Below, in pieces: positions 36,470 through 48,896 of a stretch of DNA of 64,000 nt. The notes beneath the pieces were generated by a model. The model had not been told where the DNA came from and made no database searches. It was given only the letters and a program-made list of their open reading frames with translations. The stretch is from Camelus ferus (taxonomy: Eukaryota), in contig NC_045697.1 in NCBI RefSeq assembly GCF_009834535.1, forward strand, positions 42,286,001-42,350,000, written 5' to 3'. Position 1 is the stretch's first letter, and every line of letters begins with the position of its first letter. The position numbers and the translations under genes were made by a program.

Positions 36470-36760
36470 AAAAGAGAAACAGAAAACAAACTTATGGTTA
36501 CCAGGGGCAGAAGTGGGTGGGAAGGGATAAATTGGGAGTACGAGATTCGCAGATACTAGTATATATAAAATAGATAAACAACAAGTTTATACTGTATAGC
36601 ACAGGGAACCATATTCAATATCTTGTAGTAACTTATGATGAAAAAGAATATGAGAATGAATGTATGCACATTCCTACATGACTGAGGTATTGTGCTGTAC
36701 ACCAGAAATTGATGCAACATTGTGAACTGACTGTACTTCAGTAAAAATATATTAAAAAAG
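36470..36760 (+). mobile_element. L1 3' UTR fragment (cetartiodactyl type)
   Basis: aaacttatggttaccagggg...actgtatagcacagggaacc...gctgtacaccagaaattgatgcaacattgtgaactgactgtacttcagtaaaa. Confidence 0.85.
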
Positions 36761-37606
36761 AAGTCTGTAGGCAAAGTAAATTCTCCCCAAAATATAAAGT
36801 TAAAAAAACAAATGCCATCTGCATCCATTCCTTCTTCCCTCTCTTCCTCTTCCCTCCACCTTCCTCTTTTCCTTCCTGACTTTGAGATGGGACAGAGCAA
36901 TGAAGGTAGACATGCTGAGGAAAAGCTTGATGTAGGCTACCAAAGCTCAAACTCTATGGTGAATTGAGTGTTTATTAGAAAGTTCGCATTCATCTTAGAA
37001 TGTGAATTCTCTTAGGGGGGTGGGGGGATGGGAGGGGGATATACCCATAATTACTTGGGTTAGAAGGTAAGACATCAAGGGCCTTGGCTTTGGCTGACAC
37101 CAAAGTACTAGAGGAAAAGCACAGTTGCCTTGTTTAAAGTTTTTTAAAAAGAAAGAAAGAAATTTGCTTTTTGGTTAGTTATTTTTCCTGCTTACTTGCT
37201 TACCCCTGAAAGGGAGTTACAGAAAAGAGAGAAGGGAAGAGAAGGAAGGAGAGACCGATAGGGCAAGAGAGGCTGGGATGAGTTGGAGTAATGCACAGTG
37301 GCAAACTGGGTATTTTTTAATGGTGACATCTCTGTTGACAATTAAAGTCACTTGTGTCACAGTATTATAAACCATTCTCTGACTCTTCCATGAAATCCTC
37401 CATAAATTCTATTTACTAATCAATGTTTTGTGTGGGTGATTTGGGGTAAAACCCAAAGAGATGCAAATTTCACATGTGGTCAACATGAGATAACATGTTA
37501 TAGGAATCAGGAGGAGGTAAAAAGCCATTGTAATTTATAAGAACCCTGAAAATTTGCATAAATCTAGGCATAGGGCTTTGAATTTTCACAAGCCATGATT
37601 TTAGCA

Positions 37607-37787
37607 AGCTTTGGAGCCAGCTATACCTAGTTGGGCTTGAATCCCAACTTGAACACTTATTGGCTGTGACTTTAAGTTAGTCAGATAATTTCTAGCTCCA
37701 TTTTCTTTTCCTGTAAAATAAACACAATGACAGTGCCCCCCATTATATGCCTGGCATGTAATAAGCACCCATTGACTGTTAGTTATA
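37607..37787 (+). mobile_element. MIR
   Basis: gctttggagccag...gggcttgaatcccaac...ctgtaaaat...tgcctggcatgtaataagcaccc. Confidence 0.7.
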
Positions 37788-37849
37788 TAAACTTTAAATT
37801 GCTTAGCAAATGCATTGGCCAAGAACTAGGGCTCTTGAGGAGGTAGCGC

Positions 37850-39389
37850 TACAAAGTGAAAAATACACTTTATTAAAGAAGCATTTTTTAAAACCAACAC
37901 GAAATTTCTTTGAAAACTGAGTCTCTCTTGTACTGCAAAGCAGTCCCATTGTGACTCTCGCACCACATGGAAGGAACGGTGATGGTCCAAGAATTTTTCC
38001 TCTCAGTCCCTGCTGAACAGTTGCTTGAGTACTTACAGAAATTGTAGAAGGTGACAAGGGTTAACTTGTCCAAGACAGACTGGCACAGGCTGGCTGCTCA
38101 GAGAGGAAGTTTTAGACCAAGAAAGATTTGAGCCCGGTGCTGAAGGCAATCCCCAGAGAATGCTGAGTTGGTGCATCAGGCTCATGGGCCACCAAAGCAT
38201 AGAGCTGTCACCACTAGGCTCCGGTCCCCACCCCTGTTGAGGCCTAAGGAAAGGCTGGTGTTCTCCCAACCCGGTGTTGAGATGAAAAAACAGGGCCAGG
38301 CACCAAATTTCTACCACATGATCCTTTATTGTGCCCCTGATTATGCCAGGGCAGGAGCTAATTTTTCCCAAGCAGATGGTTTATAAACTCACAAAACCAG
38401 GCTTCCTCCCCTGCAGCCTGGTGACTGGTGCTGCTAGATGTCCTGGTTGTCCCAAAGTGCAAGGGGAACAAGGGTGCCCGCTTCTGCCACTACTCCTATC
38501 TCTGTAAGTTTCCATCAACAAACCCTGTTTCAAAAACACTTGAGTTGTGTGGGCCACCTGGACATTCATCACTGCTTTTCTTTATTAGGGCTCAAGGGAG
38601 TTCTTTAGTCTTTGGACACCTTTATTTCCTATGATACTAGCTCTATCATTAACTGAGCATTCCATCTGCTGTTCATAGAAAAGAAGGCAAACCTAACCCA
38701 GGGAGAGAGAGTATGAAGTTCATTGCTGACAGCTTCCTGGACAGTTTTGCAATAGGAGACTGTCCGATGGGATTAAACTCAGAAGCAAAAGTAAATGCCA
38801 CTTTCCAATTACCAGCCTTGAGCTTTGTTTTCACTGAACCATTTCTACCTCTTGCATATCTTCTCTCAATTGTCTTGTCCAAAGACATGACCATTATTTT
38901 AATTAGCTCCTTTTTTTTTTAGCTACTGCTTCTTATTAAGACATCTTAACTGTTCATAGTTGATCATTCTTTCTCATAATTTTGCTAAGAGAAAGAGCTG
39001 GTAAGTTTTACAAACTTATTTATAAATGTTAACAACCACCAAAAAAAAAAAAAAAACCCTGCCAACTAAAGGCAAAAGCTACCCCTACACAGTATTTATA
39101 AGTGTTCTAGATAATACCCAATTTACAAACATGATAAAAATTTCCAATCCATAAGAAAACAGTAACTTCAGATTGCACATCTTTAAAGACATGAAGAGTC
39201 CCCAGGAGGGATGTACAGGCAAAGTAAGAGAGTGTTGGCCGAGACCTGAGGACATCTCTGCGAGTTAAAAGGGGCAGGGGAGAGGCCAAAATAATGGGCT
39301 ATTTGAGCTAACTTCGTAAATTCATATTCCTGTTGTACCAAGAAGATAGCGTCTCTTGTCCACATGGTGTCAAGCGTTATATGCTGAGG
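37850..39389 (-). other. Possible terminal exon / 3' UTR of an unidentified minus-strand transcript
   Basis: 1.5 kb with no interspersed repeat I recognise, an acceptor-like ctatactttcag ending at 39390, a few CpGs just inside, and AATAAA on the minus strand at 37874-37869. Confidence 0.3.
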
Positions 39390-40539
39390 CTGAAAGTATA
39401 GGTTCTTAAACAAACAATCACAGACGTCTTGATTCTGAATCCTTCCATGTATGTTCCCCTAATACCCAAAGCCCTAGGTGAATCACTGTGGAGGCCTGGT
39501 AGGGTCCATGTGAATATCACAGTACCACTGCCACCCTTGCCTTTTTGCTTGTTTAGGATCAGGTTCAGTTTGTCATCAATAACAGACTTACAAGTTTATG
39601 CCCAATAGAACTAATACATGCAGGTAAGTCTGAAAAGTAAGTGTGATTTCTAAATGCCTCTGAGCACCTGGGCCAGTTCAAGTGTAGCCTAAGGAAGGAG
39701 GGTCTGCCCCAGCTGAGACTGAAAGACTACTGTGAAGTGCATCTTTATGGAAACTCTAGAAAAAATTTTCATCAAAATATATAATGAAGATGATTTGAAA
39801 TACTTTTAAACCTTCCTAAAGTAAATCAGATTTGATCCTACGGTTACAAAAAAAATATCTAGTGTTTTATCTTATGTTCTCTTTGGTGTCTGTCATAGCT
39901 TCGCGAAGCCTTGTGTTCTAAAGACACCAGTCTTCACCCAACCTTTCTTCCTTCCACTCTCCCTCCTCCTCTTCCCACTTTCCCCCTCAAAACTCTATTG
40001 AGAACTTACCATTTATGAGATAAATGCACAAAGATAATATGTACAAAATAACCTGCTATGGGCTATTTGTTTTTAATATCTTGCATGAGATCACAAGCCT
40101 CATAATGTCAAGATTTCCCAAAAATCTTGTTTCTTCATTGACACCAAAGTGTCAGTATCCACATAGACACTACTGACTCCCAAATCCATATCGTTAGCTC
40201 AGAGCCCTTTATAGGCTTCAGACACATGCATTTAATTTGAGAGTGACTGCCCCCGTTGTGGCTATGCCACTGTTACTGAACACACCCAAAATAAAACATC
40301 ATCATTCCCCAAAAACCTGTTCTTTTTTCCCTGCATTTCCTATCTTGTGGACAAGCATCACCAACCTACTTATGCATCCAGGGATGAGAAGATACACTAG
40401 AGACATCACATTCATGTCCCTGCTTTTTCCCTCCCACCATTACTGCCTTAAAGTCCTCCTCTCTTTTCCCCTGGATATTGCAGTCATGTTATAACTATAT
40501 GGCCTTCCCTCAGTCTCGCGATGATCTGCATGCATGTAA

Positions 40540-42643
40540 GATGGAAGGCTTAATCAATGAATGTTGTGTGTGTTCTGATTGCTTCACTCATTGGCCTTTC
40601 CCCCATCTCTCCCTCCCTCCTTGGGCCCCCTATTTCCCAAGGCACAACAATATCGAAATTAGGCCAATTAATAACCCTACAATGGCCTCGAAGGAAGGGA
40701 GAGTTGCTTCTCTCACTTTAAATCAAAAGCTAAAAATGATTAAGCTTTGTGAGGAAGCCATGTCCAAAGTCGAGTTAGGCCAAAAGCTAGGCCTCTTGTA
40801 CCAAATTGTCAGCCAAGTTGTGAATGCAACAGAAAAGTTCTTAAAGGAAATTAAATGTGCTACTCCAGTGAACACAAAAATGATAAGAAAGCAAAACAGT
40901 CTTATTGCTGATATGGAGAAAGTTTAATGGTCTGGACAGAAAGTCAAACCAGCTTCAATATACCTGTAAATCAAGGCCTAATCCAAAGCAAGACCCTCTT
41001 CAATCCTATGAAGGCTTAGAGAGGTGAGGAAGCTGCAGAAGAAAAGTTTGAAGTGAGCAGAGGCTGGTTCATGAGGTTTAAGGAAAGAAGCTGCCTCCAT
41101 AACATAAAAGGCAGTGTGAAGCAGCAAGTGCTGATGTAGAAGCTGCAGCAAGTTCTCCAGAAGATCTAGCTCAGATCATTCATGAAGGTGGCAACACTGA
41201 ACAACAGATTTTCAGTGTGGATGAAACAGCCTTCTACTGAAAAGAAGATGCCATCTAGGACTTTCATATCTAGAGAGGAGAAGTCAATGCCTCGTTTCAA
41301 AGCTTCAAAGGACAGGCTGACTCTCTTGTCAGGGGCCAATGCAGCTGGTGACTTTCAGTTGAAGGCAGTGCTCATTTACCATGCCTAAAATCCTAAGGCC
41401 CTTAAGAATTATGCGAAAGCTACCTGTGCTTTATAAATAGAACAACAAAGCCTGGATGCCAGCACATCTGTTTACAACATGCTTTACTGAATATTTAAGC
41501 CCACTCTTGAGACCTAATGCTCAGAAAAAAGATTCCTTTCAAAATGTTGCTGCTCACTGACAATGCACCTGATCAACCAAGAGCTCTGATGGAGTTGTAC
41601 AATGAGATTAATGTTATTTTCATGCCTGAGAACACAACATCCATTCTGTTGCTCATAGATCAAAGGGTAATTTTGACTTTCAAGTCTTATTATTTGAGAA
41701 ACACATTTCATGAGGCTATAGTTGCCATAAATAGTGGCTCCTCTGATGGATCTGGGCAAAGTGAACCAAAAATCTTCTGGAAAGTATTCACCATTCCAGA
41801 CGCCATTATGAACATTTGTGATTCATGGGGAAGGATCAAATTATCAATATCCACAGGAATTTGTAAGAAGTTGATTCAAATCTCACTGGTAACTTTTAAA
41901 GGTTCAAGATTTTAAAGGAGGAAGTCACTGCAGATGTAATGCAACTAGGAAGAGAACTAGAATTAGAAGTAGAGACTGAAAATGGGACTGAGTGGCTGCC
42001 ATCTCATGGTCAAACTTGAATGGATGAGGAGTTGCTTCTTATGGATGAGCAAAGAGCTTGGTTTCTTGAGATGGAAACTACTCCTCGTGAAGATGCTGTG
42101 AAGACTGCTGACATGACAACAAAGGATTTAGAATATTACATAAGCTTAGTTGATAAAGCAGTGGCAGGGTTTGAGAGGACTGACTCCAATTTCAAAAGAA
42201 GTTCTACTGGGTAAAATGTTATCAAACAGCAATGCATCATACGGAGAAATCTTTCATGAAAGGAAGAGTCAATTGATGTGGCAGACTTCATTGTTGTCTT
42301 ATTTTAAGAAATTGCCACAGCCACTCCAACCTTCAGCAACTACAACCCTGATCAGTCAGCAGCATCAACCCCGAGGTAAGGCCCTCCAATAGCAAAAAGA
42401 ATATGACTCACTGAAGGTTTAGATAATGGTTAGCATTTTTTAGCAATAAAGTATTTTTAATCAAGGTAAGTACATTGCTTTTAGACATACTGCTATTTCA
42501 CACTTAACAGACTGCAGTATAGTGTAAATATAACTTTTATATGCACTGGGAAACCAAAATGTTTGTGTGACTCACTTTATTGTGATATTCGCCTTATTGC
42601 AGTGGTCTGGAACTGAACCCACAATATCTCCAAGGTGTGCCTG
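40540..42643 (+). mobile_element. Tigger1 (TcMar/pogo) DNA transposon, left end missing, within L2 remnants
   Basis: ORFs give [13 protein letters not shown]...ELGQKLGLL (CENP-B HTH), [19 protein letters not shown] and IPFKMLLLTDNAP (DDE). Right TIR is aatatctccaaggtgtgcctg. Confidence 0.95.
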
Positions 42644-42654
42644 AAGTTGATTCA

Positions 42655-42785
42655 TAAATCTATCTCCCCCACTAGACTGTGTATGCTCCTTAAAGGCCTC
42701 AGCCATATCTGTCTCACTTATCTTACCAGTGCCTAGACAGTGCCTGGCAAACTTGCTCTTTGATACAGAGCTGGTGAATGAATTG
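42655..42785 (+). mobile_element. L2 3' end
   Basis: cactagactgtg...ccagtgcctagacagtgcctggca...gtgaatgaat. Confidence 0.7.
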
Positions 42786-43855
42786 CTGAAAGAAGGGACA
42801 CAACACATGTGCCACATTTGGCAAAATTCTTAGATTTTACAAAGTATTCTCCACTCCAGGCAAACATTCATGAAAAATGTATGTGATGGTTTAAGTCAAG
42901 TTTCTTTCTCCTAAGAAGTGAACAACATTGATGGAACACGAGGAGATTTTAGAAAGGGTAGAGAAAGAAAAAAAAGTATTTCAATTTATACATGTGAAAT
43001 CTAGAAGTTTTAATATAATAGCCCAAAGGGGGAAAATGAGCACAAAAAATAATGAAGCAGAATATTTTTGCAAATAATCTTTATGTCTATTCCTTCCCTC
43101 TGTCACAAAAACACAATTAGAAGTTTCAAGGGGAAAAATATGAAAAATGCAAGTCACTACATTATTAGATTCAAAAAAATAAAAAAAACTCATCCCTAAA
43201 GAAAACTCATCATCCCACATATGATAAAGTGATGGAGGGAAGTTTCCGAGCTCTCAGTGCGAGCTTTGGCACTCACCAAGGAGCACTGGCACTAACACTT
43301 ACTTCCTAGTGATAAATGGAACCTCTAGGACATCTCCTGCAAAATCACCAGCCCAAGGGCACTTTACAGCAGCAGAGTTGGTTCTCTATTTGCCTTTATT
43401 TAGGTAGATTGAAGCAGTATCAAGGTTATAGTTACTACTTCAAGAGTGGCCCAGGCAACAGGTACCTTCCACAATAGCAGAGTTGTAATATTCCCATTCA
43501 TTAACTACCTGATTCTTTTAATTGAGGTGTAACGATGTATAGACAACTAAATTACATTTATTTTAAAATAATCACCAAATAGATAAAGTGATTGCGTATG
43601 AATGAAGCCATTCCTATGTAAATTATGACACTGTCATTTTAATCCAAAAACATTGTGAGTTACCAAATAATATACAGTGAACAGAAAGAAAATACTGTCA
43701 TGTTGAAGTCCTTCTATGTTCCAGAAGCTAATCTCTATCCCCAGTGGTCACTAGCACATTAACTTACAGAGTACTAAAATCCAATAGTGAAGTGAATTTC
43801 ATTATAATTTGAAGCCGGAACAGGGATCAATAATTCACCTTAAAAGTTAACCATA

Positions 43856-45159
43856 CAGACACCTACACATAAAAGAATGAAATTAGAACATTCTCTAGCA
43901 CCACACACAAAAGTAAACTCAAAATGGATTAAAGATCTAAATGTAAGACTAATTACTATAAAACTCCTCGAGGAAAACATAGGCAGAACACTCTGACATA
44001 AATCGCAGCAGTATTTTTTAAATCCATCTCCTAGAATAATGGAAACAAAAGCAAAAATAACCAAATGGGACCTAATTAAATGTAAAGGCTTTTTGCACAG
44101 CAAAGGAAACCATAAACAAAATGAAAAGGCAACCTACAGGCTGGGAGAAAATATTCGCAAATGATGCTACCAACAAGGGCTTAATTTCCAAAATATACAA
44201 ACAGCTCATACAGCTTAATAACAAAAACACAAACATCCCAGTCCAAAAAATGGTCAAAAGACCTAAACAAGCATTTTTCCAATGAAGACATACAAATGGC
44301 CAATAGGCACATGAAAAGATGCTCAAAACACTAAATATTAGAGAAATGCAAATCAAAACTACAATGAGGTATCTATCATCTCACACTGGTTAGAAGGGCC
44401 ACCAGCAGAAGTCTACAAATAATAAGTGCTGGAGGGGGTGTGGAGAAAAGGGAATCTTCCTACACTACTGGTGGGAGTCACTATGGAAAACAGTACGGAG
44501 GTTCCTTAAAAGACTAAAAACAGACTTACCATATGATCCAGCAATCCCACTCCTGGGCATATATCCAGAAAAGATTAAAACTCTAATTTGAAAAGATACC
44601 TGCACCCCAATGTTCACAGCAGCACTATTTACAATAGCCAAGACATGGAAGCAACCTAAATGTCCACTGACAGATGACCGGATAAAGAAGATGTGGTTTA
44701 TAAATACAATGAAATATTACTCAACCAAAAAAAAGAATGAAATAATGCCATTTGCAGCAACATGAATAGACCTAGAGATTATCATACTAAGTAAGTCAGT
44801 CAGAGAAAGACAAATATCATACAATATCACTTAAAGTGGAATCTAAAAAAATGATACAAATAAACATATTTACAAAACAGAAATAGACTGACAGACATGG
44901 AAAATAAGCTTATGACTATCAAAGAGGAAAGGGGGGAGGGATAAATTGGAAATCTGGGATTAACAGATAGACATTACTATATGTATAATAGATAAGCAAC
45001 AAGGACCTACTGTGTAGCAGAAAGAACTATATTCAATATCTTGTAATAACCTATAGTGGAAAATAATCTGCAAAAGAACATATATATGTATAACTAAATT
45101 ACTCTGCCATATACCTGAAACATTTTAAAGTAACTATACTTCAATTTAAAGTAATAATA
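43856..45159 (+). mobile_element. 5'-truncated L1 (ORF2 C-terminus plus 3' UTR) with TSD
   Basis: aactcaaaatggattaaagatctaaatgtaagac...tgcaccccaatgttcacagcagcac. TSD aaaagttaaccata (43842) / agaagttaatcata (45160). Confidence 0.92.
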
Positions 45160-45175
45160 AGAAGTTAATCATACA

Positions 45176-45246
45176 GGGAGTATATGGGATCTCTGTATTT
45201 TCTGCTCAAAATTGCTTTGAACCTAAAACTGCTTTAAAAAATAGTC
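45176..45246 (+). mobile_element. Very short older L1 3' terminus
   Basis: gggagtatatgggatctctgtattttctgctc...gaacctaaaactgctttaaaaaatagtc. Confidence 0.7.
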
Positions 45247-45805
45247 TTTTTTTTTTTTTTTTTTGTAAAAGAAAAGTTAACCATATATCAGGTTTTCACT
45301 TTATGAAGACATTACTTTGTGGACTGAATAAAATGTTCTCCAACAATGCAAGCAAATCCATAGGATTGCTAAACTATTTATAATAATTCAATGCTATTTC
45401 TCCCATTTGAGGTATTTAGATTCTTACATTGTACTTTAAGCTGTAAAGAAACACAAAACACAAAACCACCTCTTTTGAGAGTAGTCAAGATTTCCTATTT
45501 CTAGATCAGTACACCTTTATTTCCAAACAAGTGTGCCACAAAATCAACAAAACAAACAAATGGCCGGCCCACAGAGCCGGCACATGTATAGATTTCTTCC
45601 AAAGTTGCTCACCATTAAAATATATGTAAATCCTGTAACAGAATAAAAAATGGGCATGTGGCCCACAGTGGTAAAGTTCCCCCAAGCCTTCCTCAGTGAA
45701 TCTTGTTGTGGCTTGAAAATCTCAGGTAATTTGCTTATCATCTTATGGGTAGACATACTGTCTCCCTTTGGTAGAGAGATGTGTATATATGCATATGTGT
45801 CTGTC

Positions 45806-45809
<4 letters not shown>

Positions 45810-45848
<39 letters not shown>
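45810..45848. repeat. (TG)n microsatellite
   Basis: Directly visible. Confidence 0.95.
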
Positions 45849-45851
<3 letters not shown>

Positions 45852-46093
45852 CAGAAGAAACAGTATGGTTACCTACTACATGATCAGTAGGGAAACTTGG
45901 AGTGTCTACTTTGGATCATTCTGTGGGAATTGGAATGTCATCAGTGACTACGAACTCTCCTGGGTCTTAACCTTTTCCAAGTAACTGAGACAAGGAGAAA
46001 CTAAATTGCTGGTGGACTCTGGAGGGGGACAGGTTCCAGTGTGAAACCAGTCCCTATGGTCAGGAGAGGAGGTTTCATCAAAGGTGTTCAGAG

Positions 46094-46229
46094 TGAGAGG
46101 ACAGAGTTCAATGGTAGAGTGTGTGCTTAGCAGGCATGAGGTCCTGGGCTCAATCCCCAGTACCTCCATTAAAAAATAAACGTAATTACCTCCCCTCAAA
46201 AATAAATCAATAAATAAATACTTCAGGAA
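46094..46229 (+). mobile_element. tRNA-derived SINE (vic-1 type) with TSD
   Basis: ggtagagtgtgtgcttagcaggcatgaggtcctgggctcaatccccagtacc. TSD aaaggtgttcagag (46080-46093) / aaagatgttcagag (46230-46243). Confidence 0.85.
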
Positions 46230-47048
46230 AAAGATGTTCAGAGAAAAGGCATGCTCACTTAGAAAGAACTTAATACACAGGAGCAATAGAGAAGGGCACC
46301 CTCTTAAAAGCTGAAAGTCTGGGAAAGTCCTCCCCTGACTATGGGAAAGTCCTGTTGATGATATAGTTTCCATTGTCCACCATCCACACTGGGATTCAAC
46401 ACAGTTACCCATGTCTTTGCCTAAGATCTTATAAACTCATAGATTTTCATGTGACGTTGGATGTGGAGCATCAAGAGCTTGTTCTTCTGAGGTACCCTTC
46501 ATGGAGGCAGGGCTGAAGGGACTGCGTCTAGATGTGGCAGATGGGGACCAGCTGGAAAGGAAGAGGTGGTCCACCCAGAAATCAGAAGCAGCCAGAAAGA
46601 GCCCTCATATCAAGAGCAACAGTCTGCTGCCACTTCAGGACACAGTGAGACCCTCCACCCACCCATCCTTTCACCACAGGAAGTATCAAAACACTGCAAA
46701 GCCAAGGTGCAATTTTTAGCTCAGACTCTGACAAGAAAGAGATTATTTGAATGGAAAGAGAGCAAAATAAAGTCCTGCTGTTTTCCCTGCTCTCCAAGGA
46801 GAACACAGCTGGCACTGCAGGACAGAGCGCTGAGGTTAGAAACAGAGCAGCAGGGCCAGGCAAGCCAACCAAAGGTACATCTCTGTGAACAAACAATGCT
46901 GTCAGCCAGGATTTTCAGAGCAGATTAGAGAGAAATGCGGCATTTTGCGGAAGTTAATAAGCAAAGATTTTGTATTTAAGGGGACATGGAGTAGAATAAG
47001 GGACAAAGTAGTAAACAGTAAACCTGATACAAGAATACAGCCATGATA

Positions 47049-47112
47049 TGACTGGGACATTGTGCACCAGAAACTGACACACTGTAACTGACTATACTTC
47101 AGTAAAAAAAAT
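47049..47112 (+). mobile_element. 64-bp L1 3' tip with a 15-bp TSD
   Basis: aatacagccatgata (47034-47048) / aatacagccacgata (47113-47127) flank tgactgggacattgtgcaccagaaactgacac...cttcagtaaaaaaa. Confidence 0.85.
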
Positions 47113-47127
47113 AATACAGCCACGATA

Positions 47128-47369
47128 GACACTGTATTTTCCAGTTGCCACCAATCTCCTGTTTTGTAAATAATAGAACCCCAGTTTTAGCTAAAAGACA
47201 GCATTTCCTAGCCTCTATTAGAGCAAGATTTGGGGACATCAAATCCACCCTGTACTGTCTACCTCCAGATTTATTTTACTTAAAAAAAAAAAAAACAACT
47301 ATGTTATTTAAGTAACTGTTATTTTTGGTTTTCTGTAATAGTCAGTTTCACCCAATCCTAAATGATATA
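47128..47369 (+). mobile_element. Old MaLR LTR remnant (MLT1-like, internally deleted)
   Basis: taatagaaccccagttttagc...catttcctagcctc...tttaagtaactgttatttttggttttctgt...cccaatcctaaatgata. Confidence 0.55.
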
Positions 47370-48374
47370 ACAATTCCAGCACAGAGTCTGTGTGACAGTA
47401 ATGACAAAAGTGAGCATCATTGGAAATAGTTGAGGAAAAGAAGAGTACAGACTAGAAAAAAAAGATGTTAACTTGGGTACACATTGTCAGTGAGACATAC
47501 CTAAGCACAGAATTCAGACATTGTAATTTGTACGTAAGATAGATGTATACAGTTTTTATTTCAGAACATTGGTTCAGGCATTCTCAATAAACACTTTTTT
47601 CAACTTCATAAAGTTTAGAGATAGAGAAACTCTCCAGTATTTACAGGAACTAGGGTTCTACCTGTCTGTCTGGTACCCATAACAAGAAAAACAGATCAGC
47701 AGCATTTCTTATACAATGCTGACGCTGACAGACTTTATTCCTAATTGTGATACAAGTTACTCAAGTACCATAGGAAACAATACAACTTAGAAAGCATGGC
47801 CTTTGCCCTTAGCCTGCTTGCTTTCATTTCATGATTTATTGGGCATCTACTATGCAGGGCCCTATGCTAGACACTAGAGGCAGAGGGGGTAATAAAGACA
47901 GGTGCCCTGCCCTCAAGGACTTACAGTTTAGAAAGGGACAGAGAACATAGGAAGGAAATGGATTCAACCCAAAGAGTAAGAAAATGCGTCCCAGGAAGCA
48001 TTAGAAAAGTACATTTTAGAAAAATGCCCTTTAGCTCTCCAGATAAAGATAAGTAGAGGTAGTGTGGAGAATGCCCAGGCAGGGAAAGTCACATGTAAAC
48101 ACTGGGAGATTCAAGAAAGCAAGCTACCTTAGGATGTAACATGTTTGTTGAATAAGCTGCTTTTGACAGAAAGCAAACAGAAAACTTAATTTTTCTCCTG
48201 TCACTGGATTAATGTGCTTCTTTGGATCTTTTCCAAATGCCAGCCCCTTAATGCGACCCCGGGCCAATCCCATAGTTTACCTATTATTTTCAGCTCTAAA
48301 AATATTTCAATTTCAGGTATTAAAAATTCCAGAGTCACAGATGTCAAAACTTCAGTCTCATAGCTTTAATTGAT

Positions 48375-48896
48375 ATCCACACACTGACCACTTCAACATT
48401 TCTCTCTCTGGCCCCAGACTCTCCCTCGAACACCGACTGCCTGCATGACATCTGGACTCAGGTGTCTCAGAATCAGCTTGTCCCCAGCCTGTTCCTCCCA
48501 AAGCACAGCCCTTCTCAGTTAGTGACAGTTTCATCCTGCAGTTGCTCAGGCCAAAAATCACACTAGTCTGTCCTTGTCTCTCATACCCCACCTCCAATTC
48601 TTAGCAAATCTGGTTGTCTTTATTGGTTGGCAAACATTTCTCATCTCTTCCACTCTTAACCCTGTCCCCCTTCCAATATACCCTCTACTCTTTTTTTTTT
48701 CCATAGCACATACCACCTTCTACATATTTAATTTATTTCTACTGCTTTAATTTGGTTGTTTCTCCTCCCCTATTAGATTCTAAGGTCTGTATAGGCAAAG
48801 ATCTTTCTATTTTTTTTTTCACTGTTGTACTCCTGTGCCCAGAACAACAGCAGGTATATGATAAATACTCAGCAAATGTTTATTGAAGGAATGAGT
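48375..48896 (+). mobile_element. L2 (L2a-like) 3' part
   Basis: cagttgctcaggccaaaaatc...tagattctaaggtctgtataggcaaagatc...aatactcagcaaatgtttattgaaggaatga. Confidence 0.8.

Noticed and set aside
40478..42392. ORFs up to 149 aa as a domesticated TIGD-like gene
   Set aside because: Broken by many stops and frameshifts; an ordinary decayed Tigger1 copy.
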